A model generated the notes under the pieces. The model searched no databases. It was not told the origin of the DNA and saw only the letters and a list, made by a program, of their open reading frames with translations. Position numbers and translations under genes: made by a program. This document shows positions 1-9,039 of a stretch of 64,000 nucleotides of DNA, piece by piece. The stretch is taken from positions 1-64,000 of the IMG/VR virus record IMGVR_UViG_3300044634_004833; one strand, 5' to 3'. The DNA comes from a virus. Each line of letters begins with the position of its first letter. Position 1 is the first letter of the stretch.

Positions 1-1150
1 TAACATGAAGACTGTGATACAAGCAAAAATTCTGGCATCCAAAGAAGAGTCCAAAGCATTATTGGATACGATGCAAGTTTTTAACCAAGCTTGCCAAGAA
101 ATTGCCGAAGTTTGCTACAAAGAAAAATTAACATCACAATTTAAAATTCAGAAATTGGTTTACCACGAAATTAAATATAAATATAAATTATCAGCACAGT
201 TGGTAATCTTGGCAATCTGTAAAGCTTGTCAGTCTTATGCAAAAAATACAAAAGTTTGTCCTAAAATTAAAAAACATTCTGCCATGACTTATGATCCAAG
301 ATGTTTGACATTTAAAGGATTAACCCATGTAAGCATTAGTACAATTCATGGCAGAAAAAAATATGCAATACAAATAAGAGATTACTTCCAAGGCAATGCA
401 AAAAGAATCAAAGGACAAGTAGACTTGTTGTATAAAAACAATGAGTTTTATTTGTATGCTACTTGTGAAACACCGGAAGACCTTGAATACAAACCAGTTG
501 ATATTCTGGGAATTGATCTTGGTGTAACTAATATTGCCGTAGATTCCACCAAAGAATTTTACAATAATAGTCAATTAGAAAATAAAAGAACTAAGTATGC
601 GAAACTAAGAAAGCATTTACAAAAGAAGCAAACGAAATCAGCCAAAAGAAAGCTGAAAAAGATTAGTGGCAAAGAGTCAAGATTTAGAAAGGATGTTAAT
701 CATCAAATAAGTAAAAAGATTGTTTCTAAGGCAAAAAGCACAAACTCTGCAATAGCACTTGAAGACCTCAAGGGTATTAAAGAGCGGACAATTGTTAAAA
801 AATGCCGTAAGAAACAAAGAGACAAAAGGAATGCTTGGAGTTTCTACCAGTTGAGGTTGTTTATTAGTTATAAAGCTCAATTGGCTGGTGTTCCTGTTGT
901 CATAATAAATCCTGCTTATACATCGCAAATGTGCCCTAAGTGTACAGCAATTGATAAGGAGAACAGGAAGACACAAAGTGAATTTTGTTGCACAGGCTGC
1001 AACTACACCGAACATGCTGATGTAGTGGGATCAATTAACATTGCATCAGCAGGAGCCACATCAATTGGCTTAATGTCGTCCGCTAACTTGCTACAAAAAG
1101 CTAGTTAGAATTGGAATGACAAGCTCCCGGCTTCAGCCGGGGGTAGTTGA
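1..1150 (+). mobile_element. IS605/IS1341-like element, right part; left end lies outside the window
   Basis: tnpB followed by the subterminal hairpin CTCCCGGC-TTCA-GCCGGGGG (1124-1143) and TAGTTGA, typical of IS200/IS605 right ends and omegaRNA 3' ends. Confidence 0.75.
5..1108 (+). CDS. tnpB: IS200/IS605-family TnpB RNA-guided endonuclease
   Basis: RuvC-I LGIDLG, RuvC-II IALEDL, zinc finger CPKC/CTGC, RuvC-III HADVVGSINI; 367 aa. Confidence 0.92.
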   Translation: MKTVIQAKILASKEESKALLDTMQVFNQACQEIAEVCYKEKLTSQFKIQKLVYHEIKYKYKLSAQLVILAICKACQSYAKNTKVCPKIKKHSAMTYDPRCLTFKGLTHVSISTIHGRKKYAIQIRDYFQGNAKRIKGQVDLLYKNNEFYLYATCETPEDLEYKPVDILGIDLGVTNIAVDSTKEFYNNSQLENKRTKYAKLRKHLQKKQTKSAKRKLKKISGKESRFRKDVNHQISKKIVSKAKSTNSAIALEDLKGIKERTIVKKCRKKQRDKRNAWSFYQLRLFISYKAQLAGVPVVIINPAYTSQMCPKCTAIDKENRKTQSEFCCTGCNYTEHADVVGSINIASAGATSIGLMSSANLLQKAS

Positions 1151-1467
1151 AAAAGATTTCCTTGAATTTCTTTAATGGTAGATGATCCTGCATAGTCAAT
1201 ATATAGGACCATGTAGCCTATTGCCATAGAGTTGTCGATCTTTATTTCGTAGGTAATAGTAAATGTTAATCCTAGGTTATCTAGCTTGCTACTTTTTACT
1301 ATAACTTTATTTCCTGTAAAATTCACTTGTGATTGGACTAACGTCCAGTTCCTAGCATATAATTTAATTGTGTTGATTGCAAAATCTAAGAGAACTTTGT
1401 AATCAATAAACTTTGTCCAATTTTGTGTCAAAGTATCTTCTAGTTTCTCTTTTTTTAACATTTGCAT
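1105..1467 (-). CDS. hypothetical protein; its C-terminus is read from the IS right end
   Basis: 120-aa ORF; the last 14 residues (QLPPAEAGSLSFQF) are encoded by the IS hairpin region. Confidence 0.6.
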   Translation of the reverse strand: MQMLKKEKLEDTLTQNWTKFIDYKVLLDFAINTIKLYARNWTLVQSQVNFTGNKVIVKSSKLDNLGLTFTITYEIKIDNSMAIGYMVLYIDYAGSSTIKEIQGNLFQLPPAEAGSLSFQF

Positions 1468-1762
1468 GGGGAATGCTATGCCTCCTAGGCAAACAAAGCC
1501 TGTTTTGAGAAATTTTAGCTACAACCTGACTGACAAAGATCTTGCATTTATTTGTAGCAGATTGCATTACAATTATCAAGATGATCTTTCTGATGTTTGT
1601 AATTTTTTATCTTTAGCCCAAACGGAAAACGTCGAAGTTATTCGTGGTTGGTTAGAAAGTGCAGAGTCATCGGGAGATTTTTACTCTGTAGTTGACGAAA
1701 TTAAAAGTTCTGTGGACAAGGAGTTTGAAAGACGAGGCGGTAAGTTCACAGAAATTATTTGA
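1466..1762 (+). CDS. hypothetical protein (likely start 1478)
   Basis: ORF with plausible composition; no recognisable motif. Confidence 0.6.
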   Translation: MGNAMPPRQTKPVLRNFSYNLTDKDLAFICSRLHYNYQDDLSDVCNFLSLAQTENVEVIRGWLESAESSGDFYSVVDEIKSSVDKEFERRGGKFTEII

Positions 1763-1764
1763 TA

Positions 1765-1835
1765 TTTGAGTCTGTTTCCTTTAAAGGGGGTGATTTCTTT
1801 TAGACTCAAACCACGGGCTGGATTTCCAGCCCGTG
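1765..1835. other. double-hairpin intergenic element with an SD-like/anti-SD-like core
   Basis: TTTGAGTCT(1765-1773)/AGACTCAAA(1802-1810) encloses AAGGGGGTGAT; followed by CACGGGCTGG-ATTT-CCAGCCCGTG (1812-1835). Confidence 0.6.
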
Positions 1836-1853
1836 TTGCATTATTATGGGCGC

Positions 1854-3845
1854 ATGCAAACAATATCTATTTCTGATGCTCCTCATCCAATTTCTACTTC
1901 TGCGTTTGAACACGCTGTTTTTCCTTTTCAAGAATTTAATATTGTACAATCTGCATTGTTGCCAATTATAGAAAAAGATTGCAATATATTAATTGCATCT
2001 GCTACTTCTAGTGGCAAAACAGTAATGGCAGAAATGTTTGGTAGTTATGAAATACGAAAAAATAAAAAAAAGATGTTATTTTTATGCCCTTTAAGAGCAT
2101 TAGCAAGTGAAAAATATAATGACTGGACTAACGAATCTTATCATTTTTCTGATTTAAATGTGGGTATTTATACAGGTGATTACAGAGGTGAATCAGATGC
2201 TGAGACTCTTGAAAAGCACGATATAATAATAATGACATCTGAAATGCTAAATCATAAAATAAGAAATACAAAAACTAAAAACGATTGGATTAAAAATATT
2301 AATTTAATTGTTATAGATGAAAGCCATTTGTTAACAGTTCCTGGCAGAGGCGATCATCTTGAGTCGGCAATAATAAACTTCTCTCTTATTAATAGAGATT
2401 GTAGATTTGTTTTGTTGTCCGCAACTTTGCCAAACGTAGAAGAAGTTGCTGGATGGTTCTCAAATATTATTAATAAAAAAGATACTTATGTTTTAAGGAG
2501 CACACACAGGCCCTGTCCTTTAAAAACACATATTATGCAATACGATGATGAGTCATCAATAAGACCAAGTGTTCATGAGCTTATTGATGAAATTTGTAAA
2601 TGTGTATCCAAATATTCTTTGGATAAATTTCTTGTTTTTGTTCATGCTAAAAAAATAGGAGAGATGATTGTTGAAGGTTTAGCAAGGAGAAATATTACTG
2701 CTGGATTTCATAATGCAAATTTAGATTCGGCTCAAAGATCAAACTTGGAAAATAAATTTAAACAAACCAAAGAAGCCAGAGTGATGGTCGCCACAAGCAC
2801 CTTAGCTTGGGGCGTTAATCTTGCTGCTAGAAGGGTCGTAATAGCAGGGGCTACAAGAGGTCCAGAAGTAGTCCCTTCCTACGATATACTGCAAATGATG
2901 GGCAGAGCAGGCAGGCCCCCATATGACACCGAGGGCGATGCTCATATTTTCTTGCCAGCAAGTCGAAGTAGAGAAATAGCTAAGATTATTTTAACCGCAC
3001 AGCCTATTCAAAGTAGGATGTTAGATGTTTCATGTTTTGGCACCTATGATGTATTAGCTTTTCATATTGTGTATGAAATATCAGTTGGAAATATTAAAAA
3101 TAAAAATGATGTTATAAAGTTTTATGATATGACATTTGGAAGTTTTCAAAAACAAAAAATTAAATTAGATGTATTAAACATTACTATTGATAGATTGATG
3201 AAGGGCGGAATAATATTTACAGATGATTTAACTGGTGAATATAATGTAACCACAATTGGCAAAGTTTCTGCAATTTTTTATTATAATCCTTTCGATCTTT
3301 CAAATCTTAGTAGTAATTTTACCAAGCTTTTTAAAATGGAAAAGTTTGATGATATTGAACTAAGCCTTGCTTTGGCCAATACTTCCAGCAATATCATAGG
3401 CTCTCTAAGCAAGCAAGATAGATTGGATATGCAGTCATATCTTACAAAAGTAGATGATAAGAAACTAAACTATCCAGAAAATGTGTTAAAGATAGGATAT
3501 TTGTATAATAAAATTTTAAATGGAAGGTATGAACAAAGGCATGGTTCATTGTACAAAACTTTGCAAAATGATTTGCAAAGATTAACAGAAGTTTTACGGG
3601 TAGTAGACAACATGTCTAAAAGATGGGGCAAAAACGAGTTTTTTAAAGTTTTATCTAAAAGATCTATTTATGGCGTTTCTTCTAAGCTAATTAGCTTAAT
3701 AGAAATAAAAGGAATTGGAAAAATCAGAGCTGAAAAACTTTATAACAATGGTTTTAAAAATAAAAATGATATAATGAGCAATATTGAAGCTGCTTCATCG
3801 TTAGTTGGAATTAGCAAAGAAAACCTAATTAAATCTATTCAGTAG
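1854..3845 (+). CDS. Ski2/Hel308-like SF2 DExH helicase
   Basis: Walker A SATSSGKT, PLRALASEK, DESH, LSAT, ATSTLAWGVN, QMMGRAGR, C-terminal HhH IKGIGKIRAEKL; ATG 1854 preferred over GTG 1833. Confidence 0.9.
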   Translation: MQTISISDAPHPISTSAFEHAVFPFQEFNIVQSALLPIIEKDCNILIASATSSGKTVMAEMFGSYEIRKNKKKMLFLCPLRALASEKYNDWTNESYHFSDLNVGIYTGDYRGESDAETLEKHDIIIMTSEMLNHKIRNTKTKNDWIKNINLIVIDESHLLTVPGRGDHLESAIINFSLINRDCRFVLLSATLPNVEEVAGWFSNIINKKDTYVLRSTHRPCPLKTHIMQYDDESSIRPSVHELIDEICKCVSKYSLDKFLVFVHAKKIGEMIVEGLARRNITAGFHNANLDSAQRSNLENKFKQTKEARVMVATSTLAWGVNLAARRVVIAGATRGPEVVPSYDILQMMGRAGRPPYDTEGDAHIFLPASRSREIAKIILTAQPIQSRMLDVSCFGTYDVLAFHIVYEISVGNIKNKNDVIKFYDMTFGSFQKQKIKLDVLNITIDRLMKGGIIFTDDLTGEYNVTTIGKVSAIFYYNPFDLSNLSSNFTKLFKMEKFDDIELSLALANTSSNIIGSLSKQDRLDMQSYLTKVDDKKLNYPENVLKIGYLYNKILNGRYEQRHGSLYKTLQNDLQRLTEVLRVVDNMSKRWGKNEFFKVLSKRSIYGVSSKLISLIEIKGIGKIRAEKLYNNGFKNKNDIMSNIEAASSLVGISKENLIKSIQ

Positions 3846-4113
3846 AATTTTTTTCCTGATCTTTTCCAAAGAAGTCTTCGGGGTATTCAATTTTTACTAC
3901 TCCATCTCCTTCTGTTGGATTGCCTTTTTCATCTTCTACCCACCAACGGACTTGCTTTACCTCTATTTGTAATTCGTCCATATGACATTTATCTCCAGGA
4001 TCAACTGGCATGTGGTATTCTTTACCATTAAGTAATATTGCCACTTTACAAGTAGAATTTTCCCTGTTATATAAAAAACAATTATTACAAATTTTTTCTA
4101 TTTCTTTTCCCAT
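3835..4113 (-). CDS. small Cys-containing hypothetical protein
   Basis: CNNC...C...C spacing, 92 aa. Confidence 0.6.
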   Translation of the reverse strand: MGKEIEKICNNCFLYNRENSTCKVAILLNGKEYHMPVDPGDKCHMDELQIEVKQVRWWVEDEKGNPTEGDGVVKIEYPEDFFGKDQEKNSTE

Positions 4114-4177
4114 GTTAAATTATAGTTTTTTTGCGAAGACTTTTCTGGTAAAATGTCAATAATGGAGGATTATAACC

Positions 4178-4495
4178 GTGCATATCGCATCAAGAGTATA
4201 CAGAGCGCTAAAACATATTAATTCCGAAACAACTCATACAATTGATTTTGGTCAGGCATGGAAAATGTATGATGGATCTAAAAATGATAAAAGTTTTGTG
4301 TTTTATAATGCCCCAAAGCATTATCAAAACAGCGGAGGGATAGAAAGAATATGGTGGGTTGAAACAGATAATGGACCATTTATTTTGAAGGATGATGATG
4401 ATACTCGGTGGATAAGCAACAAATCAGGAATAAGTTTTGAATTTTTAAAAAATTTGTTTGAAAAAACTACATCTGATACAGTTTTTTCTAAATAG
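4178..4495 (+). CDS. hypothetical protein
   Basis: GTG start with GGAGGA SD upstream. Confidence 0.6.
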   Translation: MHIASRVYRALKHINSETTHTIDFGQAWKMYDGSKNDKSFVFYNAPKHYQNSGGIERIWWVETDNGPFILKDDDDTRWISNKSGISFEFLKNLFEKTTSDTVFSK

Positions 4496-4528
4496 CCTTT
4501 CTGTTATAATAACAGAAAGGAGAATTTG

Positions 4529-5150
4529 GATGCGCCATGAGCAACTACCATTTGAACAAAGGTTAAAAATATCAGATAATCAAACATTTCAAATAATGAA
4601 CTCTTTGTTTGAAAAAAAAATTATTAAAAAATTTGTAAAAGCCCAGCTAGATGAAGACAAGGAAGGAATTGATTATTTTGTAGACATGGACGACTTTTAT
4701 GCAGCTCCTATACAGTGTAAAACAAGACTCAAAGGTAAAAAAGATATTCCAATAGTAAGATATCAACCATTTAGAGGAATAGATCACGATTCTATTGTTG
4801 TAGGAAGAGATTACAAAGGATTGAAAAACGGCAAAACTTTATTGTATCTTACAGGAAGTCAAGACAAAAATAATTCGAAAAAATTTAATAATGTAAGTAT
4901 TATATGTGCTAAAAAGCTATTTGCCCTAATAACAACAGCAGAAAAAGAATGGTTTCCAGATGAAAAACATTGGGATTATTTTAATTACGAAACTTATAAA
5001 AATACAATTAATAAAGGAAGAAATAGCTACAGATTAAAAGTTGCTTCAAATGGAGTTGAAGCTTGGTTTAAGAAAAACCCTCAAGAAAGTTTTGGAAAGA
5101 TAAACTACTATGTTCCTCATTCTGAAGTAGATAGGAACGTGCCAATCTAA
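4529..5150 (+). CDS. PD-(D/E)xK-like nuclease-fold protein
   Basis: D-x2-GID...IQCK pattern; AAGGAG SD before ATG (MRHEQ). Confidence 0.5.
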
Positions 5151-5764
5151 AAAAACGTGCAGATAAAAGGAATTAACTGCTTGTTTATTTTATTATAAAA
5201 ATCTTCTCTGCTTCCATTGTTAATTATAAAAAAATCAAAGCATTCTAGCCCTTTTGGATATTCTTTGTGACCAAAAAGATTGATTGGTCCTTCGGCTATT
5301 TTGGTTTCTAAGCAATATTGAATTATTGGTTTCAATTGTGCTTCAGATGGATTAGGATCATCATTTAAATAACCATCTCTATAAATCAAAATGTTTAATC
5401 CATTTTTATTATGAACTGCTTTTGCTTCATTAATATATCTGCCATCAGATATGATTAGATTATCTTCTGAACGCAAAGCAATATCGATCCAAATACTTGG
5501 TACAATTTGCCTGAACCCATCTCCTATAAATTGAAGACTTTTTCTAACATTCATTAACATGCCTGGAGGGCATTCATTTTTTCTTTTCCATTCTTCAATA
5601 AACTCTCTAGTAACACCAAAAGCTTTGCAATAGGTATCTTTCACCGCATTTGCAAACGCTCCTCTAGTCCAATTTTTATTTTTTGGTAAAACATCTACGA
5701 GATAATCGCAAAGAGTATCTTTTCCATTTGCGAGCTGAGCATAAGTGGCAATGATATTACCCAT
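5147..5764 (-). CDS. deoxynucleoside monophosphate kinase (T4 gp1-like)
   Basis: N-terminal P-loop-like ANGKDT, AFANAVK, RKSLQFIG, IISDGRY.NE, PSE. Confidence 0.8.
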   Translation of the reverse strand: MGNIIATYAQLANGKDTLCDYLVDVLPKNKNWTRGAFANAVKDTYCKAFGVTREFIEEWKRKNECPPGMLMNVRKSLQFIGDGFRQIVPSIWIDIALRSEDNLIISDGRYINEAKAVHNKNGLNILIYRDGYLNDDPNPSEAQLKPIIQYCLETKIAEGPINLFGHKEYPKGLECFDFFIINNGSREDFYNKINKQLIPFICTFF

Positions 5765-5812
5765 ACAATTTCTCCTAGGTATAGGAAATTGTACTATTTA
5801 ATAACTTTTGAT

Positions 5813-6442
5813 TCAATTAATATTTTTACCTTCTTTGAGAAGCTTGAGTCCCTTTTCGGTCAGGATAATAAAATCCCAGTTTCTTTTTTTGCAATAAGAA
5901 CCTGCCGCAGACCACTTTGCTAAATTTTTTGGAAGCTTTGTTTGATTTTTAGGCTTGATTTCCCATAATTGCATTTTGCCATTTGCATATTCAACTAAAA
6001 TATCTGGGATATATTTGTGACCATACCCTTCAAACATGTAATCTATTTCAATTGGCTCAACACTGTATTTTAATACATCTTTTTTTGTTTCTAACACTTT
6101 GTAAAATTGACATTCAAGGCCAGACCTGAAATAAAGTTCTTTATTATTTTTTTTAGAAAAGAAAAATCCTGTTTTAAACTTTGGCAACTTTTTAGGCCTT
6201 TTTGCAAATGCGTCTCTAAGAATAAGCGGTCTTAAAGGATAGTCTTTAGGTATCGTTTTTTCAGGATGTTTTATAGCATAGTGCTTTCTAAGTTCTCTTA
6301 AAGGCATTTTGCATTCAGGACAAACAATGTAATCTGTACCTTCTTCATGATTATTAAGAATATGATTTCTAAATCCTTCAAGATTGTCGAAGGATTCGAA
6401 ACAAACAAAGCAGGTGTATGATCTTTGTCTATTGATCATCAA
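5813..6442 (-). CDS. C2H2 zinc-finger + TnsA-N/T4 gp4-like endonuclease
   Basis: CFVC..H..H and CPEC..H..H, then FRSGLE, EP..I.Y, YIPD, EIKP. Confidence 0.8.
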   Translation of the reverse strand: MMINRQRSYTCFVCFESFDNLEGFRNHILNNHEEGTDYIVCPECKMPLRELRKHYAIKHPEKTIPKDYPLRPLILRDAFAKRPKKLPKFKTGFFFSKKNNKELYFRSGLECQFYKVLETKKDVLKYSVEPIEIDYMFEGYGHKYIPDILVEYANGKMQLWEIKPKNQTKLPKNLAKWSAAGSYCKKRNWDFIILTEKGLKLLKEGKNIN

Positions 6443-6845
6443 TTAAAATGTTTTCTTTTTCTTTGGATCCAGCAACTGGCTCATCAGTTATTTTATTTTT
6501 TAGCTTTTTAACAACTTCTTCTTCCTCTATTATTTTGATCTTATCAGCTTTTGGTTTATTAAAGCCAACGGAGTTGTTAACAACAGGGTCGCTAGATCTA
6601 TCATTAAGAGCTTTTTCTACATCTACAGCAGTAAAAACAACATCTGGTTCTAATCTGTGTCTTGAATTAATGTCCATCATTGTTGCAAAAACCATTCTGT
6701 CATCTTCCCCAGCTGCATAATACTTGTCTTCAAATTTAAAAAACATTATTAAATTATGAGAATCAAAGAAAGAACGAATTGAATCTGCATCTGCTTCACT
6801 AATTATAAATGTTTTAAAATCTAATAATGTTGAATTGTTGCTCAT
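6429..6845 (-). CDS. hypothetical protein with CTS-like N-terminus (DFKTFIISE)
   Basis: ORF; motif shared with neighbouring proteins. Confidence 0.65.
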   Translation of the reverse strand: MSNNSTLLDFKTFIISEADADSIRSFFDSHNLIMFFKFEDKYYAAGEDDRMVFATMMDINSRHRLEPDVVFTAVDVEKALNDRSSDPVVNNSVGFNKPKADKIKIIEEEEVVKKLKNKITDEPVAGSKEKENILIDDQ

Positions 6846-6862
6846 ATTAACATATATATTAT
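6846..6862. promoter_or_regulatory. 17-bp divergent spacer with palindromic TATATA (candidate bidirectional late promoter)
   Basis: ATTAACATATATATTAT between two divergent ATGs; no SD on either side. Confidence 0.45.
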
Positions 6863-7225
6863 ATGCAAAGTTTAAATTTTAAAAGGTTTTTTGAGGAAGC
6901 TGATGGAGCAGATGCCGTAGGTGCTTTGACAAGCTTTTTAGGTATCGATCCTAAAGATATACCAGAAGTTATGGTAGAACCAAAGCTATTATCGCAAATG
7001 GTTTTTGGCAAACAACAAGTTTCTGTAGCTCCATATGAAGTAAAACCTGTTTATAGAAATGGAAATTGTGTTGGAGCTTATTTAAAAATAAATCCAGAAT
7101 ATTCCAAACCATCTTATGTTTATATTAATTCATCTTTAAATAGTAATAGAAATAAAAAAATTCAAGGAGCAATATCATTAGATAGTTTAGATAAATTATT
7201 AACACTAGGATTACAAGCACAATGA
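6863..7225 (+). CDS. hypothetical protein with CTS-like N-terminus (NFKRFFEE)
   Basis: ORF; shared motif. Confidence 0.65.
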   Translation: MQSLNFKRFFEEADGADAVGALTSFLGIDPKDIPEVMVEPKLLSQMVFGKQQVSVAPYEVKPVYRNGNCVGAYLKINPEYSKPSYVYINSSLNSNRNKKIQGAISLDSLDKLLTLGLQAQ

Positions 7226-7425
7226 TTACTAATTTTAAAGATTGGTTAAAAATACAAGAAACCACCACAACATCAAATGTAGTTTCTGGAGCATCTGGTA
7301 CAGATACTGGAAATATTGCTTCATTTAAAATGCCAGTAGGCGGTGGATTGCTCAAGAATAATAATGCAAATAAAAATCAATATAGAAAATGTGGTCTGGC
7401 TGGTTGTCCTCAAAAAAGTAATTAA
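7222..7425 (+). CDS. small protein with CTS-like N-terminus (NFKDWLKIQE)
   Basis: ATGA overlap with the upstream gene; shared motif. Confidence 0.65.
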   Translation: MITNFKDWLKIQETTTTSNVVSGASGTDTGNIASFKMPVGGGLLKNNNANKNQYRKCGLAGCPQKSN

Positions 7426-7577
7426 AAAATTATTTTTAGACACTATATTATTGTGTAACCTTTGTTTTGTTTAATAAATTTTGTTTACTATTATTTTTAT
7501 TTGTTTTTTTAATATTTGATAATATAATAAATATGAGCTTATGAGGTTACAAAAGCGGCAAATATTTGCCACGGTTC

Positions 7578-7613
7578 TGGCGGGGTTTCCGAAAAACCCC
7601 GCCAATTTTTTTT
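7578..7613 (+). terminator. intrinsic terminator
   Basis: TGGCGGGGTTT-CCGAA-AAACCCCGCCA followed by a T-run. Confidence 0.8.
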
Positions 7614-7616
7614 GTC

Positions 7617-7645
7617 TTGATCGCAAATACAATTCGTTTTAGAAT
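7617..7645 (+). promoter_or_regulatory. sigma70-like promoter for thyX
   Basis: TTGATC-17 bp-TAGAAT, then AGGAGA SD and ATG at 7668. Confidence 0.6.
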
Positions 7646-7667
7646 TCTTCAAACACAGGAGAATCAT

Positions 7668-8537
7668 ATGGACGCTCTCGATCTCGTTCCTAATAAAAAA
7701 ATTCAATGCCTCGACCTCGGCTTCGTTGAACTAATCGATGTAATGCCTCGCATCGTCCCAGATGGACAAACCTGCGATTATGCCATTTGCCAAATGGCTA
7801 GAACTAGCTACGGGGCTGGCACCAAAACTGTTAATGAAGACAAGGGTCTTATTAATTACCTTCTTAGAGCAGCGCACACTTCTCCTTTTGAAGCCATAGA
7901 AATAAAAATTCATATGAAAATGCCCATTTTTGTTGCTAGACAAATGATTCGGCACAGATCAAGCAGCGTGAATGAGTCGTCATTAAGATATAGTGTAACA
8001 AAAGATGAATTCTATTTACCAACTGCACAAGAATTAAGACTTCAATCTAAGACAAATAAACAAGGTTCTGAAGGTGCATTAGATTTAGAACAAGCAGAAA
8101 AATATGTAAAGATTATAGAAGACCAAAGTAGAGAGTGTTATAAATGGTATTTGGATATGCTTGATGCCGGAATATCCAGAGAACAAGCCAGAATGATTCT
8201 TCCAGTCAATCTTTACACAGAATGGTATTGGAAACAAGATTTACACAATCTTATGCATCTAATGGCATTAAGATGCGACCACCATGCACAATACGAAATT
8301 CAAGTCTATGGCAATGCCATTTTGGAAATCGTAAGACACCTATGCCCTTGGACTATCGAAGCATGGGATAAATACCACCCCCTCCGTGGAGCAATAAAAC
8401 TAACCAGCCTTGAAAAAGATGCTATTAAAAAACATAATATAGAAAACAATTCTATTTCTTCGATAGGAGAAATAGCCACAGAAAATAAAAGAGAACAGGG
8501 AGAATGGAAAACGAAAGCTAAAGAATTAGGATTTTAA
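7668..8537 (+). CDS. thyX: FAD-dependent thymidylate synthase
   Basis: HTSPFE, RQMIRHR.SS.NE.S.RY, EQARMILP, HAQYEI. Confidence 0.95.
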   Translation: MDALDLVPNKKIQCLDLGFVELIDVMPRIVPDGQTCDYAICQMARTSYGAGTKTVNEDKGLINYLLRAAHTSPFEAIEIKIHMKMPIFVARQMIRHRSSSVNESSLRYSVTKDEFYLPTAQELRLQSKTNKQGSEGALDLEQAEKYVKIIEDQSRECYKWYLDMLDAGISREQARMILPVNLYTEWYWKQDLHNLMHLMALRCDHHAQYEIQVYGNAILEIVRHLCPWTIEAWDKYHPLRGAIKLTSLEKDAIKKHNIENNSISSIGEIATENKREQGEWKTKAKELGF

Positions 8538-8561
8538 CAAACAGAATACTAAATATTAATT

Positions 8562-8996
8562 ATGGAAAACTTTATCAATTGGCTTAAAAAAGAAAAAGAA
8601 GTTAGTGCAGAGGAAATCAACAATTCCTCATCTGTGGAGGACATTATTAATAATGTCAAAGCAGTTTGTGTTGACAAATTAAGTATGCAGACAGAAGAGC
8701 AGGTTCCTGCAGCCAAGATTCCCGCTCCACAAACGAAGCCCATGAGTTCTCCAACCGTTGGGGGAGGCAAAGGACAAGTTGCCGGGCCACAGAAAGTGGT
8801 TCCACAACAAAAGGGACAAGCTCCTGCACCACAACAACCACCCGGACAACAACAAGCTAGGCCTTTGGTAGGTGATGGTGGGACTGCGCCAGCCCAAATT
8901 CAAGGACAGAAAGTTAATTTGCCAACTGACCCTACGGCAAGAGAAAAAATGCTTAAAGCCATGCTACAGCGTGGACAAGGGCAAGTTAAAAAATAA
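8562..8996 (+). CDS. Gln/Pro-rich protein with CTS-like N-terminus (NFINWLKKE)
   Basis: TAAATA 6 nt upstream of ATG, no SD; low-complexity body. Confidence 0.65.
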   Translation: MENFINWLKKEKEVSAEEINNSSSVEDIINNVKAVCVDKLSMQTEEQVPAAKIPAPQTKPMSSPTVGGGKGQVAGPQKVVPQQKGQAPAPQQPPGQQQARPLVGDGGTAPAQIQGQKVNLPTDPTAREKMLKAMLQRGQGQVKK

Positions 8997-9022
8997 TGCA
9001 GACTTTTTGTCTGCATTATTTT
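8992..9022. terminator. bidirectional terminator between convergent genes
   Basis: AATAATGCAGAC-TTTTT-GTCTGCATTATT perfect stem flanked by A and T runs. Confidence 0.75.
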
Positions 9023-9039
9023 AATTTTTGAATTAATAA

